The notes beneath the pieces are model-generated. The model was not told the DNA's origin. It saw nothing but the letters and a program-made list of their open reading frames with translations, and searched no databases. Both the position numbers and the translations under genes were made by a program. Shown here piece after piece: positions 45,442-54,843 of a stretch of 64,000 bases of DNA (position 1 is its first letter; the number at the start of each line of letters is the position of its first letter). Source of the stretch: Candidatus Poribacteria bacterium (GTDB lineage Bacteria > Poribacteria > WGA-4E > WGA-3G); contig CAXXLX010000001.1 of assembly GCA_963665235.2 (NCBI GenBank), forward strand, positions 3,360,001 to 3,424,000, in the 5' to 3' direction.

Positions 45442-46443
45442 TTGAACAACTACAAAATCCTGATAACCGATTACGCATGGCAGTCAATTGAGCCGGAACG
45501 ACACGTTCTCGCTGAAATTGGGGCGACACTTATCGCCGCTGAGATTGGCGATGAAAAAGAGCTGTGTGCCCTTGCCCCGACGGTCGATGGCATTCTCACT
45601 TGTTGGAAACCTGTCACAGCAAACGTTATCACCGCTGCTGAAAAATGCAAGGTTATCGCCCGGTACGGCATCGGACTGGACAACATCGATGTGGAGCTCG
45701 CTACTGAACACGGCATCGTCGTCACTAACGTCCCAGCTTACTGCATTGACGAGGTCTCCACACACGCGATGGGGCTGCTTCTCGCTTGTACCCGGAAAAT
45801 TGCCCGTTTCGACCGGTCGGTTAAAGCTGATATATGGGACCCGAATATAGGGCCTCAGATATACAGATTGTGTGGAAAAGTGCTTGGTATTGTTGGATTT
45901 GGAAACATCGGACAGGCAATCGTTTCAAAAGCGAAAGCATTTGGACTGACTGTGACGGTCTATTCACCACGCACATCATCCGAAGCAATACAGAAGCAGG
46001 GAGCGGAAAAGGTGTCTTTTCAAGAACTGCTCAAAACGTCAGATTTTATCTCTATCCACGCGCCCTTGACTGCCGAAACGGAACACATGTTCAGTCATAC
46101 CGAATTCCGTGAGATGAAAACAACAGCGTACCTGATTAACACCTCGCGGGGTGGCATCGTAGACACAGCTGCACTCGCCGCAGCACTCCAAAACGGAGAA
46201 ATCGCCGGCGCGGGGCTAGATGTCCTAGAAACCGAGCCGCCCCAATCAAATGATGCTCTGCCTACGTTTGACAATGTAGTCATCACGCCACACGCCGCTT
46301 TTATCTCTGAAGAATCAATTCTCGAATTAGAGGTAACCGCTGCTACATGTGTAGCACAAGTGCTAACCGGACAACTGCCAGAATCGGTTGTCAATCCTTA
46401 TGTTTTGGAACACCCAAACCTACGGATGAAAATGAACTTTTAA
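45442..46443 (+). CDS. D-isomer-specific 2-hydroxyacid dehydrogenase (CtBP-like)
   Basis: GIGLDNID, GFGNIG, NTSRGG, DVLETEP, TPHAAF. Confidence 0.9.
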   Translation: MNNYKILITDYAWQSIEPERHVLAEIGATLIAAEIGDEKELCALAPTVDGILTCWKPVTANVITAAEKCKVIARYGIGLDNIDVELATEHGIVVTNVPAYCIDEVSTHAMGLLLACTRKIARFDRSVKADIWDPNIGPQIYRLCGKVLGIVGFGNIGQAIVSKAKAFGLTVTVYSPRTSSEAIQKQGAEKVSFQELLKTSDFISIHAPLTAETEHMFSHTEFREMKTTAYLINTSRGGIVDTAALAAALQNGEIAGAGLDVLETEPPQSNDALPTFDNVVITPHAAFISEESILELEVTAATCVAQVLTGQLPESVVNPYVLEHPNLRMKMNF

Positions 46444-46473
46444 TCACAACACAATACTGATTGGAGGACTCAG

Positions 46474-47667
46474 ATGCAACAGCTCCCAGACGCAACAGGA
46501 CATTTCGGACAATTCGGCGGCAGATACGTCCCGGAGACGCTAATGCCTGCCCTTTTAGAGCTCGAAGACGCATATATCGAGCTCAAAGACAATCCCGATT
46601 TTCAGCAGGAATTTCGGTATTACCTTCGTGAGTACGTCGGGCGGCCAAATCCGCTCTATTACGCTGAACGTCTCACGGACACCCTCGGCGGTGCGAAAAT
46701 ATATCTCAAACGTGAAGACCTGAATCATACAGGGGCACACAAAATTAACAGTGCAATCGGCCAAATTCTGCTCGCCCGGTGGATGGGTAAAAAACGGATT
46801 ATTGCCGAAACCGGTGCGGGCCAACACGGGGTTGCTACTGCCACTGTCGCTGCCAAATTTGATATGGAATGTGAAGTCTACATGGGGGAAGAGGATATAG
46901 AGCGGCAAGCCCTCAATGTTTTCCGCATGCAGCTGATGGGCACAAAGGTGGTGCCAGTCAACTCCGGTTCGCGCACGCTTAAAGATGCAATCAACGCCTG
47001 CTTCCGGGATTGGGTTACGAACGTCCGTACGACATATCTGCTCCTCGGCTCAGTCGTCGGGGCGCACCCGTACCCGATGATAGTCAGGGACTTTCAAGCT
47101 GTCATCGGCGAAGAAGCAAGGGCACAGATTTTAGAGAAGGAGGGGGTATTGCCAGACTGCGTCGTCGCTTGTGTCGGTGGCGGAAGCAATTCGCTCGGCA
47201 TGTTTTATCCGTTTTATGCTGACGAATCTGTTCGGTTTATCGGTGTTGAAGCAGCAGGCGAAAGCATCCGGAGCGGTCGGCACGCCGCCCCACTTACTGC
47301 CGGCACCGTCGGTGTCTTCCACGGAGCAAAGTGTTACCTACTGCAAGAAGCGGATGGACAAATTACCCCCGCACATTCAATCTCCGCCGGATTGGATTAT
47401 CCGGGTGTCGGCCCAGAACACAGCTATTACCGTGAGACCGGGAGAGCGGAATATGTCCCGATTACAGATGCGGAGGCGGTGGAAGGGTTTCAGCTGCTAT
47501 CAGAGGCAGAGGGTATCATTCCTGCATTAGAATCCGCGCATGCTATCGCTTATCTGCGGGAACTTGCCCCCAAACTCGGTGAAGGGAAAGTTATCGTGGT
47601 CTGTCTCTCCGGGCGCGGTGATAAAGATGTCTACACCATCGCAAAGGAATTGGGGATTCGTTTGTAA
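46474..47667 (+). CDS. trpB: tryptophan synthase beta chain
   Basis: [44 protein letters not shown]. Confidence 0.97.
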   Translation: MQQLPDATGHFGQFGGRYVPETLMPALLELEDAYIELKDNPDFQQEFRYYLREYVGRPNPLYYAERLTDTLGGAKIYLKREDLNHTGAHKINSAIGQILLARWMGKKRIIAETGAGQHGVATATVAAKFDMECEVYMGEEDIERQALNVFRMQLMGTKVVPVNSGSRTLKDAINACFRDWVTNVRTTYLLLGSVVGAHPYPMIVRDFQAVIGEEARAQILEKEGVLPDCVVACVGGGSNSLGMFYPFYADESVRFIGVEAAGESIRSGRHAAPLTAGTVGVFHGAKCYLLQEADGQITPAHSISAGLDYPGVGPEHSYYRETGRAEYVPITDAEAVEGFQLLSEAEGIIPALESAHAIAYLRELAPKLGEGKVIVVCLSGRGDKDVYTIAKELGIRL

Positions 47668-47682
47668 ACTTGGGGAAGAAAG

Positions 47683-49305
47683 ATGAGACGTTTTGGAACA
47701 CAAGGGCCAGTGCGTCCAGAAAAGCACTACATCGTTAGCCGTTCTGCGGCACTCGGTGATTTTATTGAACGCATCAAAGAGGGACGCTATATCGTTATCT
47801 TTGCGCCGCGCCAAACTGGTAAAACGACCTTCTTTCAACGCGCCCTTGACACGCTCAAAAATGATGAACCGACCTACTTCCCAATTTCGTTGAATTTTGA
47901 GGAATATGGGGAATGTAGACCGGAGCTCTTTTACAACGCTCTCTACCAAGACATATCTGAAGAGATTGAAAACGTTTTTGAAAGACGCGGACATCCTATC
48001 CCTGAATCGATACGTCTATTTTTGGAGAATACCCAAATAACTGACCATCTCTCAATGCGAAGATTCTTCAGAGCACTCCAAGGTTTTTTAAACGCTGAAT
48101 CTGCTGGGCAGCGAGTTATTGTAGTCATAGATGAATTTGATGGCATCCCGAAAAAAGCAGTGACAGGATTTCTTCATTCACTTCGCCGAATCTATGTCTC
48201 AAATTCCACGATTAAATGCCCACATAGTGTTAGCATCGTCGGTGTCAAGAGCATCACCCAACTCGACTATGACCGGTCTATCTCTCCCTTCAATGTCCAA
48301 GATGAATTTTACCTGCCAAACTTCACACTTGAACAGGTCCGTGAACTTCTTGAACAGTATACAGCAGAAGTCGGACAACCTTTTTCAATAGAGGCCATTG
48401 AAGCAATTTATAAACAGACCGCCGGCCAGCCGTTCCTTGTCAACCGATTGGCGCAAATACTCACTGAAACGTTAGAAATACCAAAAACGGAAGCCGTTAC
48501 AATGGTGCATTTCTCACAGGCACATTCACAGCTCCTTCACGAGCGAAATACGAACCTCCAGCATTTGACAACCAATATCCGTAGAGATCCGCGGTTTGAA
48601 AGAATCTTGATGGAAATCACAGCATCCGATGAAGGGCTGCCCTTTAACCTGCGCGACGACCTGCTCAGTGAACTGGCAACTTATGGCGTAATTTCAGCAG
48701 ACGCAGATAACTCATGTGAAATCGCAAACCCGATTTATCTGTATTGTATCCTACAAGCATTCAAACCTACCGTGAATGGATTAGAGCGACAATATCTCCC
48801 CGAAAACACCCGGGACGGTTTTCTGGATTACCTCTCACCTACTGGAGAGATTGACCTAGAGGCATCGCTGGATAACTTCCGGGATTTCATTGAACGGGCA
48901 GGATTTAGGATTCTGCAAGTACCGGATACACCCCAAGAATTTGTTGGATGTTATCTACTCCTTGCGTATCTTGAACAGTTCGTAAGATTAGTCGGGGGGT
49001 TTATGCACATTGAGGTGCAAACTGGACGCGGTAGGATAGACCTGCTAATCACACACAAGCAGCAAAAATATGTAATCGAAACAAAGATTTGGCGAGGCGA
49101 GGAGAACTATCAGAAAGGGAAACGACAACTTGCCGCATATCTCAAACTAGAAGGAGCAGTTGAGGGATATTATATCGTCTTCGACCATAGAGTAAATCCG
49201 GAACCGCGTGCTGAAACGGAGAAGCTTGAAGGTTTTAAGATTCGGAGTTATGTCATTGCTGTGAGGCAGCAACGCCCTTCAGCAAAGCAGCTGAATACTG
49301 CCTAA
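47683..49305 (+). CDS. AAA-like P-loop ATPase with C-terminal PD-(D/E)xK nuclease-like domain
   Basis: APRQTGKTT, VIDEFD, SPFNV, GQPFLV; C-terminal GRIDLLI...IETK. Confidence 0.85.
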   Translation: MRRFGTQGPVRPEKHYIVSRSAALGDFIERIKEGRYIVIFAPRQTGKTTFFQRALDTLKNDEPTYFPISLNFEEYGECRPELFYNALYQDISEEIENVFERRGHPIPESIRLFLENTQITDHLSMRRFFRALQGFLNAESAGQRVIVVIDEFDGIPKKAVTGFLHSLRRIYVSNSTIKCPHSVSIVGVKSITQLDYDRSISPFNVQDEFYLPNFTLEQVRELLEQYTAEVGQPFSIEAIEAIYKQTAGQPFLVNRLAQILTETLEIPKTEAVTMVHFSQAHSQLLHERNTNLQHLTTNIRRDPRFERILMEITASDEGLPFNLRDDLLSELATYGVISADADNSCEIANPIYLYCILQAFKPTVNGLERQYLPENTRDGFLDYLSPTGEIDLEASLDNFRDFIERAGFRILQVPDTPQEFVGCYLLLAYLEQFVRLVGGFMHIEVQTGRGRIDLLITHKQQKYVIETKIWRGEENYQKGKRQLAAYLKLEGAVEGYYIVFDHRVNPEPRAETEKLEGFKIRSYVIAVRQQRPSAKQLNTA

Positions 49306-49330
49306 CTCGCCCCCTTTTAACAAAAACAGG

Positions 49331-49359
49331 TTGCTATAGAGAAAAATATATGTTATAAT
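49331..49359 (+). promoter_or_regulatory. sigma70-type promoter
   Basis: TTGCTA, 17-nt spacer, TGtTATAAT. Confidence 0.55.
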
Positions 49360-49393
49360 CTCTCCAATTCACTATAAAAACAGAGGTGTCACT

Positions 49394-50008
49394 ATGGCAC
49401 ACGAAACTTCAAACGTTGCGCCGGACAATTCTTCTCAACAAAAGATTCGCAGGTTAATACGTTGGCTTTCACATGCAGATGGCCCCCTTCGGAATTGGCG
49501 GTATTTCCCGACGCGGGTACTATTGCGAAAATTGCGGGCGGAATCCGCCGAAATGCGTGCCTATGCCGCCGAAGCGTTAGGCTCAGTCGGTGACGTTCAC
49601 GCCGTTGCACCCCTCATAGAAGCACTGACAGATGAAAACACAACTGTCCGCCGTTTCGCCATTTCCTCCCTTGGGCATCTTCGCGACCTACGTGCCGTTG
49701 ACAGTCTCATTCCATTTTTACAAGACGATGAACCAGACATGCGATGTGCCGCCGTAGTCGCCCTCGGTGAATTAGGGCTCAGTGAAGAACGGAGTGTAAA
49801 CCCCCCTGTGCAAGTGTTGGAAGCCTTGATAAACAGCACCACCGATAGCGATAGAGGGGTCTGCTCCGCAGCAGTCGTCGCCTTAGGGAGAATAGGTAAC
49901 CCGCAAGCGATTACTGCCCTCAACGCATTGGCAGAAACCACCGAAAGCGAATGGATTCGCCGATATATCAGTGAAGCACTGCATCAAATTGAGGAACAGA
50001 ACGCATAG
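49394..50008 (+). CDS. HEAT/PBS-lyase repeat protein
   Basis: Repeated R..AA.ALG..G...AV..LI..L.D. Confidence 0.88.
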   Translation: MAHETSNVAPDNSSQQKIRRLIRWLSHADGPLRNWRYFPTRVLLRKLRAESAEMRAYAAEALGSVGDVHAVAPLIEALTDENTTVRRFAISSLGHLRDLRAVDSLIPFLQDDEPDMRCAAVVALGELGLSEERSVNPPVQVLEALINSTTDSDRGVCSAAVVALGRIGNPQAITALNALAETTESEWIRRYISEALHQIEEQNA

Positions 50009-50046
50009 ATGTACCCCCAATTCACAACCTTCAGAGATTTAGACAA

Positions 50047-50505
50047 ATGCTTATCCGTTTCAAAAAAGGCAAACAACAATCCAAACACAGACCCGATACA
50101 CTTACGTGTATTCGCGACGATGGCAGCGTCACCTGGACACATATCCATCGCGGATTCGCACAGCATGACTTTGCACACTACGTCGTCGAAACCACGCTCG
50201 GTTTCCGGAACGGTTTCTTTGGACTCGTGGCGAAAGGTTTCGATATACCCGATTTTAGCCGCCCTACATCGAAACGGCCCTTCAAAATTCCCAAAGAGGC
50301 GATGGCGGTAGAGCCGATTGTTGCACTGTTACAGGCTGAACTGTGGGAAAGTTTTCCTGAACCGTTGCTGCATCCGGATAGCCAAGAGATTCCTGCCAAC
50401 GTCACCGCTGAACAGATAGAGTCAATGCGGCAGCAGCTGCGCAAATTGTTACAGCATTGGGAGAATTTAATGCCGGGGGGTACGATGATGTTAGAGTTTG
50501 AATAG
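50047..50505 (+). CDS. conserved hypothetical protein with HDxxH motif
   Basis: RDDGSVTW...HDFAHYVVE..LG...GFFGLVA.G. Confidence 0.6.
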   Translation: MLIRFKKGKQQSKHRPDTLTCIRDDGSVTWTHIHRGFAQHDFAHYVVETTLGFRNGFFGLVAKGFDIPDFSRPTSKRPFKIPKEAMAVEPIVALLQAELWESFPEPLLHPDSQEIPANVTAEQIESMRQQLRKLLQHWENLMPGGTMMLEFE

Positions 50506-50524
50506 AAGGGTGTCCGCTTTGTCT

Positions 50525-51106
50525 TCAGCCAGCGAGGTTTTCATGGACGCGTCTATAGATATCTTGCAGGCGGAGTTCGCACCCGATGGAAACAAGCGAC
50601 AGCACATCGTCAAGCGAGCGAAGTTCGGTCGGAACCCAGGCGGACTCGATAAGACGATAATGTTCAATGTAAACCCTATCCTGTGCAACAAGCAGGTATT
50701 CGCGCAGGGAGGCTAGTTCCTGATAACGCCCAAACTTTTCACCCCTATCATATATTTCAGTGGAGGGTGAAAGCACCTCTACAACAAGTGTAGGGTTGAG
50801 AAGTGTATCAAAGACATTGTCCTCCAATTGGGGTTCGCCACAAAAAACGACAACATCCGGGTAAAAATAGGCACCTTTTGCCCCTGTCTTTACACGCATA
50901 TTGTTACCGATGACTTGACACGCCTGCCCTCTCAGTTGGATATTAAGTTCAGTTAATATATTCCCTGTGATAAGATTGTGCACGCGACTTGCACCGGACA
51001 TTGCGATTATGCGGCCGTCTAAGTATTCGCTTTTGAAAATCGCTTTGCGCTCCAACGTGAGATATTCCTCCGGGGTAAGGAGCGTTTTCACTGCTAGAGA
51101 TGACAT
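50525..51106 (-). CDS. Uma2 family endonuclease
   Basis: EYLDG.I.AM.G.S..H, YPDV.V, EVLSPST..YDRG.KF..Y. Confidence 0.92.
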   Translation of the reverse strand: MSSLAVKTLLTPEEYLTLERKAIFKSEYLDGRIIAMSGASRVHNLITGNILTELNIQLRGQACQVIGNNMRVKTGAKGAYFYPDVVVFCGEPQLEDNVFDTLLNPTLVVEVLSPSTEIYDRGEKFGRYQELASLREYLLVAQDRVYIEHYRLIESAWVPTELRSLDDVLSLVSIGCELRLQDIYRRVHENLAG

Positions 51107-51179
51107 GTGTGCCTCCGTAAAGCTGATACGTTGTCCATGTTCTATCTAAAATTATAGCATATCGTAACGCAAGTTGCCA

Positions 51180-51527
51180 CATAGTAGCACAAACTTCCTA
51201 GTTTGTGGCATAGTAGCACAAACTTCCTAGTTTGTGGCATAGTAGCACAAACTTCCTAGTTTGTGGCATAAAGGGAACCAAACTTCCTAGTTTGTGGCAT
51301 AGTAGCACAAACTTCCTAGTTTGTGGCATAGTAGCACAAACTTCCTAGTTTGTGGCATAGTAGCACAAACTTCCTAGTTTGTGGCATAGTAGCACAAACT
51401 TCCTAGTTTGTGGCATAAAGGGAACCAAACTTCCTAGTTTGTGGCATAGTAGCACAAACTTCCTAGTTTGTGGCATAGTAGCACAAACTTCCTAGTTTGT
51501 GGCATAAAGGGAACCAAACTAAAAGTT
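51180..51527 (+). repeat. tandem array of 29/31-bp GTAG-REP-like units (order AAAB AAAAB AAB')
   Basis: A = CATAGTAGCACAAACTTCCTAGTTTGTGG; B = CATAAAGGGAACCAAACTTCCTAGTTTGTGG; hairpin CACAAACT-TCCT-AGTTTGTG. Confidence 0.95.
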
Positions 51528-51630
51528 CACAGGACAATTATCAGCAGTTTTTGACTAAAAGCGGCGTTCCCAAGTCTAAAAATTTATAGGTGGCAACTTA
51601 GGTTATTGTAGCAAAAATAGGATTAAAAAA

Positions 51631-52026
51631 ATGACAAAAGATATGATACTTGAGGGAATTTACCCCTTTTTCATTGTTGAAAACCTAGCCGCATCAATTG
51701 CGTTCTACAATCAAAAACTCGGTTTTGAGACAGATTTACTCGTCCCAGAAGAAGACCCGTTTTTTGGGATAGTGTCTCGTGATAACGTGCGGATTCTTCT
51801 AAAGGAGATTACGCCCGATATCCTGCCGAGCCCAAATCATACCCGGCATGAATGGGCGAGATGGGACGCGTTCATTCTGGTTTCCGAGCCTGACGCGCTT
51901 TTTGATGAGTTTCAGTCCCGCGGACTGACATTTCACGAACCGCTTGCGGATACAGATGACGGGCTACGCGCTTTTGAATTGAAGGATTGTGATGGATATG
52001 TTCTGTGTTTTGGGAAACCACTATGA
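51631..52026 (+). CDS. VOC family (glyoxalase/bleomycin resistance) protein
   Basis: SIAFY.QKLGF, DALFDEF..RG, GLRAFELKDCDGYVLCFG. Confidence 0.88.
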   Translation: MTKDMILEGIYPFFIVENLAASIAFYNQKLGFETDLLVPEEDPFFGIVSRDNVRILLKEITPDILPSPNHTRHEWARWDAFILVSEPDALFDEFQSRGLTFHEPLADTDDGLRAFELKDCDGYVLCFGKPL

Positions 52027-52416
52027 TATGAGGGGGGCGGATTTTGTCAACCACAGCACAGCCCCAGCGGGGCGATATATTTATAGAAGGACACAACCCC
52101 CCCCACAAACTAGCCCCAGCGGGGCGATATGTTTATAGCACGTTGGAAACCTATGGCAAGAGGAAGAGGGTTCTGACGCGCTGCGGATACAGATGACGGG
52201 CTACGCGCTTTTGAATTGAAGGATTGTGATGGATATGTTCTGTGTTTTGGGAAACCACTATGATATGAGGGGGGCGGATTTTGTCAACCGCAGCACAGCC
52301 CCAGCGGGGCGATATATTTATAGAAGGACACACCCCCCCACAAACTAGCCCCAGCGGGGCGATATGTTTATAGCACGTTGGAAACCTATGGCAAGAGGAA
52401 GAGGGTTCTGACGCGC
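51945..52416 (+). repeat. ~237-bp direct tandem duplication (VOC 3' end plus downstream palindromes)
   Basis: 51945-52181 and 52182-52416 are nearly identical; each carries two AGCCCCAGCGGGGCGATAT motifs. Confidence 0.92.
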
Positions 52417-52511
52417 TTCAGATATGTTCTTATACCATTTTTATTAATTATTCTATCATTACCGGTTGTTTAGAAATGAAACGGAGAACGGAAGACCCAA
52501 ACGGAAGAACC

Positions 52512-52723
52512 CAAACTGGAAGTTTATGCTACAAGAATCGCACAAACTGGAAGTTTATGCTACAAGAATCGCACAAACTGGAAGTTTATGCTACAAGAAC
52601 CGCACAAACTAAAAGTTTATGCTACAAGAACCGCACAAACTAAAAGTTTATGCTACAAGAATCGCACAAACTGGAAGTTTATGCTACAAGAACCGCACAA
52701 ACTGGAAGTTTATGCTACAAGAA
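52512..52723 (-). repeat. tandem array of seven 31-bp GTAG-REP-like units, inverted relative to the 51180 array
   Basis: CAAACT(GG/AA)AAGTTTATGCTACAAGAA(T/C)CGCA; minus strand reads GTAGCATAAACTTCCAGTTTGTG. Confidence 0.93.
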
Positions 52724-52825
52724 AGAGACATTTTCAATTAGAAATGGTATTAGAATCACGAATCTCCTGCTAATTGCCAATTGCCAAATTGCCAATTGCC
52801 AAATTAACGAAATATAAATTTTTTG

Positions 52826-52854
52826 TTGACAAACTTTAAAAAATGTGTTATAAT
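52826..52854 (+). promoter_or_regulatory. perfect consensus sigma70 promoter with extended -10
   Basis: TTGACA (52826-52831), 17-nt spacer, TGtTATAAT (-10 at 52849-52854); AT-rich upstream. Confidence 0.85.
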
Positions 52855-52890
52855 AATATTGTAATTTAAATTTCGGAGGTATAGATATCA

Positions 52891-53745
52891 ATGGCTGAAG
52901 AAAAAAACAATGAAATGGTTCCAGTTGTTGCAGAATATGATGTCATAGACCAAGTGGATGACCAAGCAATTATTGAACTGATGACTGGACAAACAATTCA
53001 AGATTACGTCTACTCTTTCAACAAGGGCGGCCGCACCGTTGAAGGGTTGACGTTAGCTGGTATTAACGAAGCGGCTAACCGGAGAGGCGGCATCCAGGTT
53101 GAAGAGATCGACTATGAGGAACGGGAAAATTCCTGGATTGCAACTGCAAAGGCAGTCGATACAATCACAGGGTCATCTCGATACGGCGCGTGTGAACAAG
53201 CTAAAACGATGAGTGGACGACCGGACCCCTTTGCTTTCGTAAAAGCAATTCATAAAGCGCAACGCAACGCTATCAAACAGCTAATACCTGTGCCCGTAAT
53301 CCGTGAAGTGCTAAACTTCTATCTACATCGCAAGACAACCGGCGGAAACCCGCCGAATCCACCAACACAAAAGCGACAAACTGATGGAAATATTACCACG
53401 GCACAGAAAGCTACCTTCGCAATAGCGAATCAATTGACAGCACGGCTTGAAAAGGAGGGTGTTACACAAGCTGATTTGTGGAACTATGTCAAACGCAAAT
53501 ATAGCGTCCAATCTCGAAACGACATGTCCGAGATGCAATGGACAAAACTCTCCGCAGAACTCAAGGCAGCAGAAGTCACACCGAAATTGTTCGATGAACT
53601 CTGTCAAAGTATTAAACAGTTGAGTACTGCGAACAAAGAGAGTGAAGTGCCAACTCCTGAAGACCCAGAAATTGCCGAACCTGAAAATGCTGAAGAGCCG
53701 GAGAAATCGGATGAACCCGAGCAGACCCAAAAATCACCTTTCTAA
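52891..53745 (+). CDS. hypothetical protein, possible Rad52/Sak-like single-strand annealing protein with acidic tail
   Basis: GGAGG SD; GLTLAGINEAA...ATAKAVD..TG..RYG...KAIHKAQRNAI; tail EEPEKSDEPEQTQKSPF. Confidence 0.5.
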   Translation: MAEEKNNEMVPVVAEYDVIDQVDDQAIIELMTGQTIQDYVYSFNKGGRTVEGLTLAGINEAANRRGGIQVEEIDYEERENSWIATAKAVDTITGSSRYGACEQAKTMSGRPDPFAFVKAIHKAQRNAIKQLIPVPVIREVLNFYLHRKTTGGNPPNPPTQKRQTDGNITTAQKATFAIANQLTARLEKEGVTQADLWNYVKRKYSVQSRNDMSEMQWTKLSAELKAAEVTPKLFDELCQSIKQLSTANKESEVPTPEDPEIAEPENAEEPEKSDEPEQTQKSPF

Positions 53746-53761
53746 GGCGATAAGGCACGGG

Positions 53762-54706
53762 TTAGCAACATGCAAGCAGATATTCTCGGCTCCGCAATGC
53801 ATCGGCTAAGGAGTGCACAGTCGGTTTGTTTTCAAGCAGGAGTTCACCGCTATAGTTCTGTGTTCGCAAGTGATTGGCGATAGCTCGGAAATCCACATAT
53901 CCATCGCCGATCACTGGAAGCACACCTGCTTCAGTCTTCTGCTTGAAATGCACCGCTGTGACCGTTTCCATCCGGACGTTCCGCCAGAATTCATCGGGTG
54001 GATTTAACGTTGTACCATCCGCCCGATATGTGTTCGTTTCGTCATAAGTGAGTTTTGCCCCCCCGGCGATTGCCAACTTCAACGTTAACGTAGCGGTTTG
54101 ACGTGCGTTCTCTACAGCGAAAACCATCGGGTAGTCCGGCAAAAGCGTGGCGTACCTCTCTATATTAGCGACAGCGGCTGTTTCGTCGATATCCCCTTCC
54201 GTATCCAAATCTACAAGGCGGAGCCTCGCGCGCGAGGGACATAGAAGATATGCTAACCTCTTCGCCATAATTATTCGCACCGAATCAGCATCATTATCCG
54301 CGGGTGTTGAAAGCCACGGATGTGAAATAGCGTAGCTCAACGTTAACCCTGAGGCTTTTCGGACGAAGTTTGCCACCTCTTCAAAAAGCGTGGGATGTTT
54401 TGTTTCATAAGAGGTTTCAGCCCACACAGCCTCACAAAGGGTTTGAAATTCAGCATCCGTGTATTCAGGCATTACCAATTCCACGCGGTGCATCATATCC
54501 CCGAATTCGGCGTTACGGAGATAAGCGCCTTCGCGGACCTCCATATTCCTGAACCCATTCGCACCGAATTCAATCATGAGTTCGTCAAAACGTGCCCCGT
54601 TCTCTATTTCCTCAGCCCAGATATTCGTCACAATTCCGAGTCTTTCAAACATTTGCAATTCTCCAAAATTAACCGTAGTCTTTATGTTCCTTGGAAACAG
54701 ATACAA
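53762..54706 (-). CDS. xylose isomerase-like TIM barrel protein (start uncertain)
   Basis: FAVEN, TYDE.N, VHFKQ, GDGYVDF, LLLE. Confidence 0.7.
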   Translation of the reverse strand: MYLFPRNIKTTVNFGELQMFERLGIVTNIWAEEIENGARFDELMIEFGANGFRNMEVREGAYLRNAEFGDMMHRVELVMPEYTDAEFQTLCEAVWAETSYETKHPTLFEEVANFVRKASGLTLSYAISHPWLSTPADNDADSVRIIMAKRLAYLLCPSRARLRLVDLDTEGDIDETAAVANIERYATLLPDYPMVFAVENARQTATLTLKLAIAGGAKLTYDETNTYRADGTTLNPPDEFWRNVRMETVTAVHFKQKTEAGVLPVIGDGYVDFRAIANHLRTQNYSGELLLENKPTVHSLADALRSREYLLACC

Positions 54707-54765
54707 TTATGTCTGTGATTGCTGAAAAAGTCAAGAATAAATTGAGCACCATTTCCGAAAATCTA

Positions 54766-54794
54766 TTGATTTTTAAAAAATGTTGTGTTACAAT
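54766..54794 (+). promoter_or_regulatory. sigma70-type promoter for glyQS
   Basis: TTGATT, 17-nt spacer, TGtTACAAT. Confidence 0.55.
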
Positions 54795-54843
54795 AAATGT
54801 GATATCAATTATTTGAAATGGAGCGTGCTAAGAAAAAACGGAT

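Noticed and set aside
42617-51106. Defence island (AlbA-HATPase, AAA-nuclease, Uma2)
   Set aside because: The genes are interspersed singly among housekeeping genes and belong to commonly expanded families; no operonic system is evident.
51180-52723. CRISPR arrays (29-31-bp repeats)
   Set aside because: No spacers; variants recur identically; GTAG-hairpin REP-like structure.
52588-52773. 61-aa ORF in the 31-bp array
   Set aside because: Repeat-derived, with no RBS.
52771-52806. AATTGCC(A) short repeats; also AATAG x3 at ~749-767 and AGCGAT x3 at ~43988-44014
   Set aside because: Short low-copy simple repeats with no supportable function.
52891-53745. Prophage
   Set aside because: No integrase, structural or replication genes nearby.
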